Below the pieces are notes generated by a model. That model saw nothing but the letters and a program-made list of their open reading frames with translations, did not search any database and was not told the DNA's origin. From the NCBI GenBank assembly GCA_009914755.4, contig CP068257.2, positions 25,376,001 to 25,440,000 on the forward strand: 64,000 nucleotides of DNA, given 5' to 3'. The position numbers and the translations under genes were made by a program. Every line of letters begins with the position of its first letter. The stretch's first letter is position 1. Source of the DNA: the human T2T-CHM13v2.0 reference genome, Homo sapiens. Of the stretch, positions 62,988 through 64,000 are shown one piece after another.

Positions 62988-63840
62988 TGACATTTAAACT
63001 TTTTTAAAAGGCAAATTATATAATCTGATTTGGATTTTAGAAAAATAACTCGTAGCTGGAGAGAAGGAAGATTGGAAGAGAATTAGATCAGAGACAGGGA
63101 GATAGGTGATAGAATGCACAGTTATCTGGGTAAAATTGATGAGAGACTGAGGTAAAGTGGCAGGCTGGGTGGAGGGATGAGATATGTCACAAGGAGGGCT
63201 GAGTGGCTCGGTTAATGTATTGGTTTGGAGGCTTGCAGGAGAGTGAGAAATCTTGGATGACAATCACCATCCACCACCAACATATTTCTATTCCGGTTGA
63301 CTAGGGTGGCGATGATGCCATTCTCTGTAATAGTGACCAGGGACAGTGCATAATCTGCTAGTGGGCAGGGGGCTGGGAGGATGGCTTCTGTCCCATGTTA
63401 AGTTTAAGCAGCCCATGCATACTGAGGAGGAGAGTCCATTAGTCTGAATATAGAGATCTAGACCTCAGAAGGAAGGCTGGGGCTGAGATATCAATGTAGG
63501 GATTATCAGCATTCAGGAGGTGGCTGAGGCATTTAGAAGGTATGAGGCCAGGGAGAGTGTGGACAGAGAGGAAAGAAGATGCTCAAGGTCAGAACCACGG
63601 TGAACTTTAATAGTTAAATCCAGAAAGGTAGAGGAGGCCACAAAGGAGACAAATAAGAAGTGAGGGAGGCCTTGTAACTTATTTTTTAAAAAGTTTTTTT
63701 GAATGGCTATGCAAACTAAAATGCAGTTACAGTTAGCCTTTCATATCCATGGGTCTGTGGATTCAGCTAACACTGGATGGAAAATATTTGGAAAAGAGAA
63801 AATTCCAAAAACCAAAACTTGGATTTGCCTTGTATCAAAT

Positions 63841-63912
63841 ACTATATATATTTATATTTATATAGTATATATATTTATATTTATATATTATATATATTTA
63901 TATTTATATATT

Positions 63913-63935
<23 letters not shown>
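63841..63935. repeat. AT-rich minisatellite (ATATATTTATATTT-type units) merging into an Alu poly-T head
   Basis: actatatatatttatatttatatagtatatatatttatatttatatattatatatatttatatttatatattttatatatatatatat. Confidence 0.7.
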
Positions 63936-63953
<18 letters not shown>

Positions 63954-64000
63954 TTTTCTGAGATGGTGTCTCACTCTGTCACCCAGGCTGGAGTACAGTG
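63936..64000 (-). mobile_element. Alu SINE, 3' end only (element runs off the window edge)
   Basis: TTTTTTTTTTTTTTTTTTTTTCTGAGATGGTGTCTCACTCTGTCACCCAGGCTGGAGTACAGTG. Confidence 0.85.

Overview
This window is primate (almost certainly human) nuclear DNA. Twelve Alu copies (some partial), several LINE-1 copies of different ages, MaLR/ERVL-class LTRs and many microsatellites set its origin. No prokaryotic gene, operon, CRISPR array or phage-like system is present. I also could not support any host protein-coding exon or structural RNA gene. Every ORF longer than about 100 codons in the six-frame track is either a decayed retroelement ORF (L1 ORF1/ORF2, or ERV gag/pro/pol/dUTPase), a translation of a simple repeat, or a chance ORF.

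The main supportable structures are listed below.

- An ERVL-class provirus (34318-41518, plus strand): two LTRs about 89% identical, and frameshifted remnants of gag, protease (LLDTGS), RT, RNase H/integrase and a dUTPase-like ORF.
- A primate L1 on the minus strand, intact at its 5' end, running from about 34210 down to about 32085. It abuts the provirus and stops abruptly inside the ORF2 endonuclease domain, next to a CpG-rich 44-46 bp tandem array.
- A second, inverted copy of the L1 5'UTR-end/ORF1-start segment on the far side of the provirus 5' LTR, together with a 72-bp palindrome built from LTR-terminus sequence. This looks like a complex rearrangement.
- An old, degenerate L1 of almost full length (45570-50565, plus strand), a young L1PA 3' fragment, and a 75-bp L1 3' micro-insertion with a perfect 16-bp target-site duplication.
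- An ancient tRNA-derived SINE with a V-SINE/DANA-like conserved core and an (AATG)n tail (13433-13830, minus strand).
- A palindromic inverted duplication of about 1.1 kb (20618-21745) carrying an expanded TA/CA microsatellite.
- Paired 290-bp direct repeats upstream of an LTR-like U3-R-U5 block (21745-23921).
- Two Tigger-like MITEs, an MLT1 LTR, an ERVK-like solitary LTR and a 24-bp-unit AT minisatellite.

Family names are given from memory of consensus sequences, not from a database search, and should be treated as provisional.
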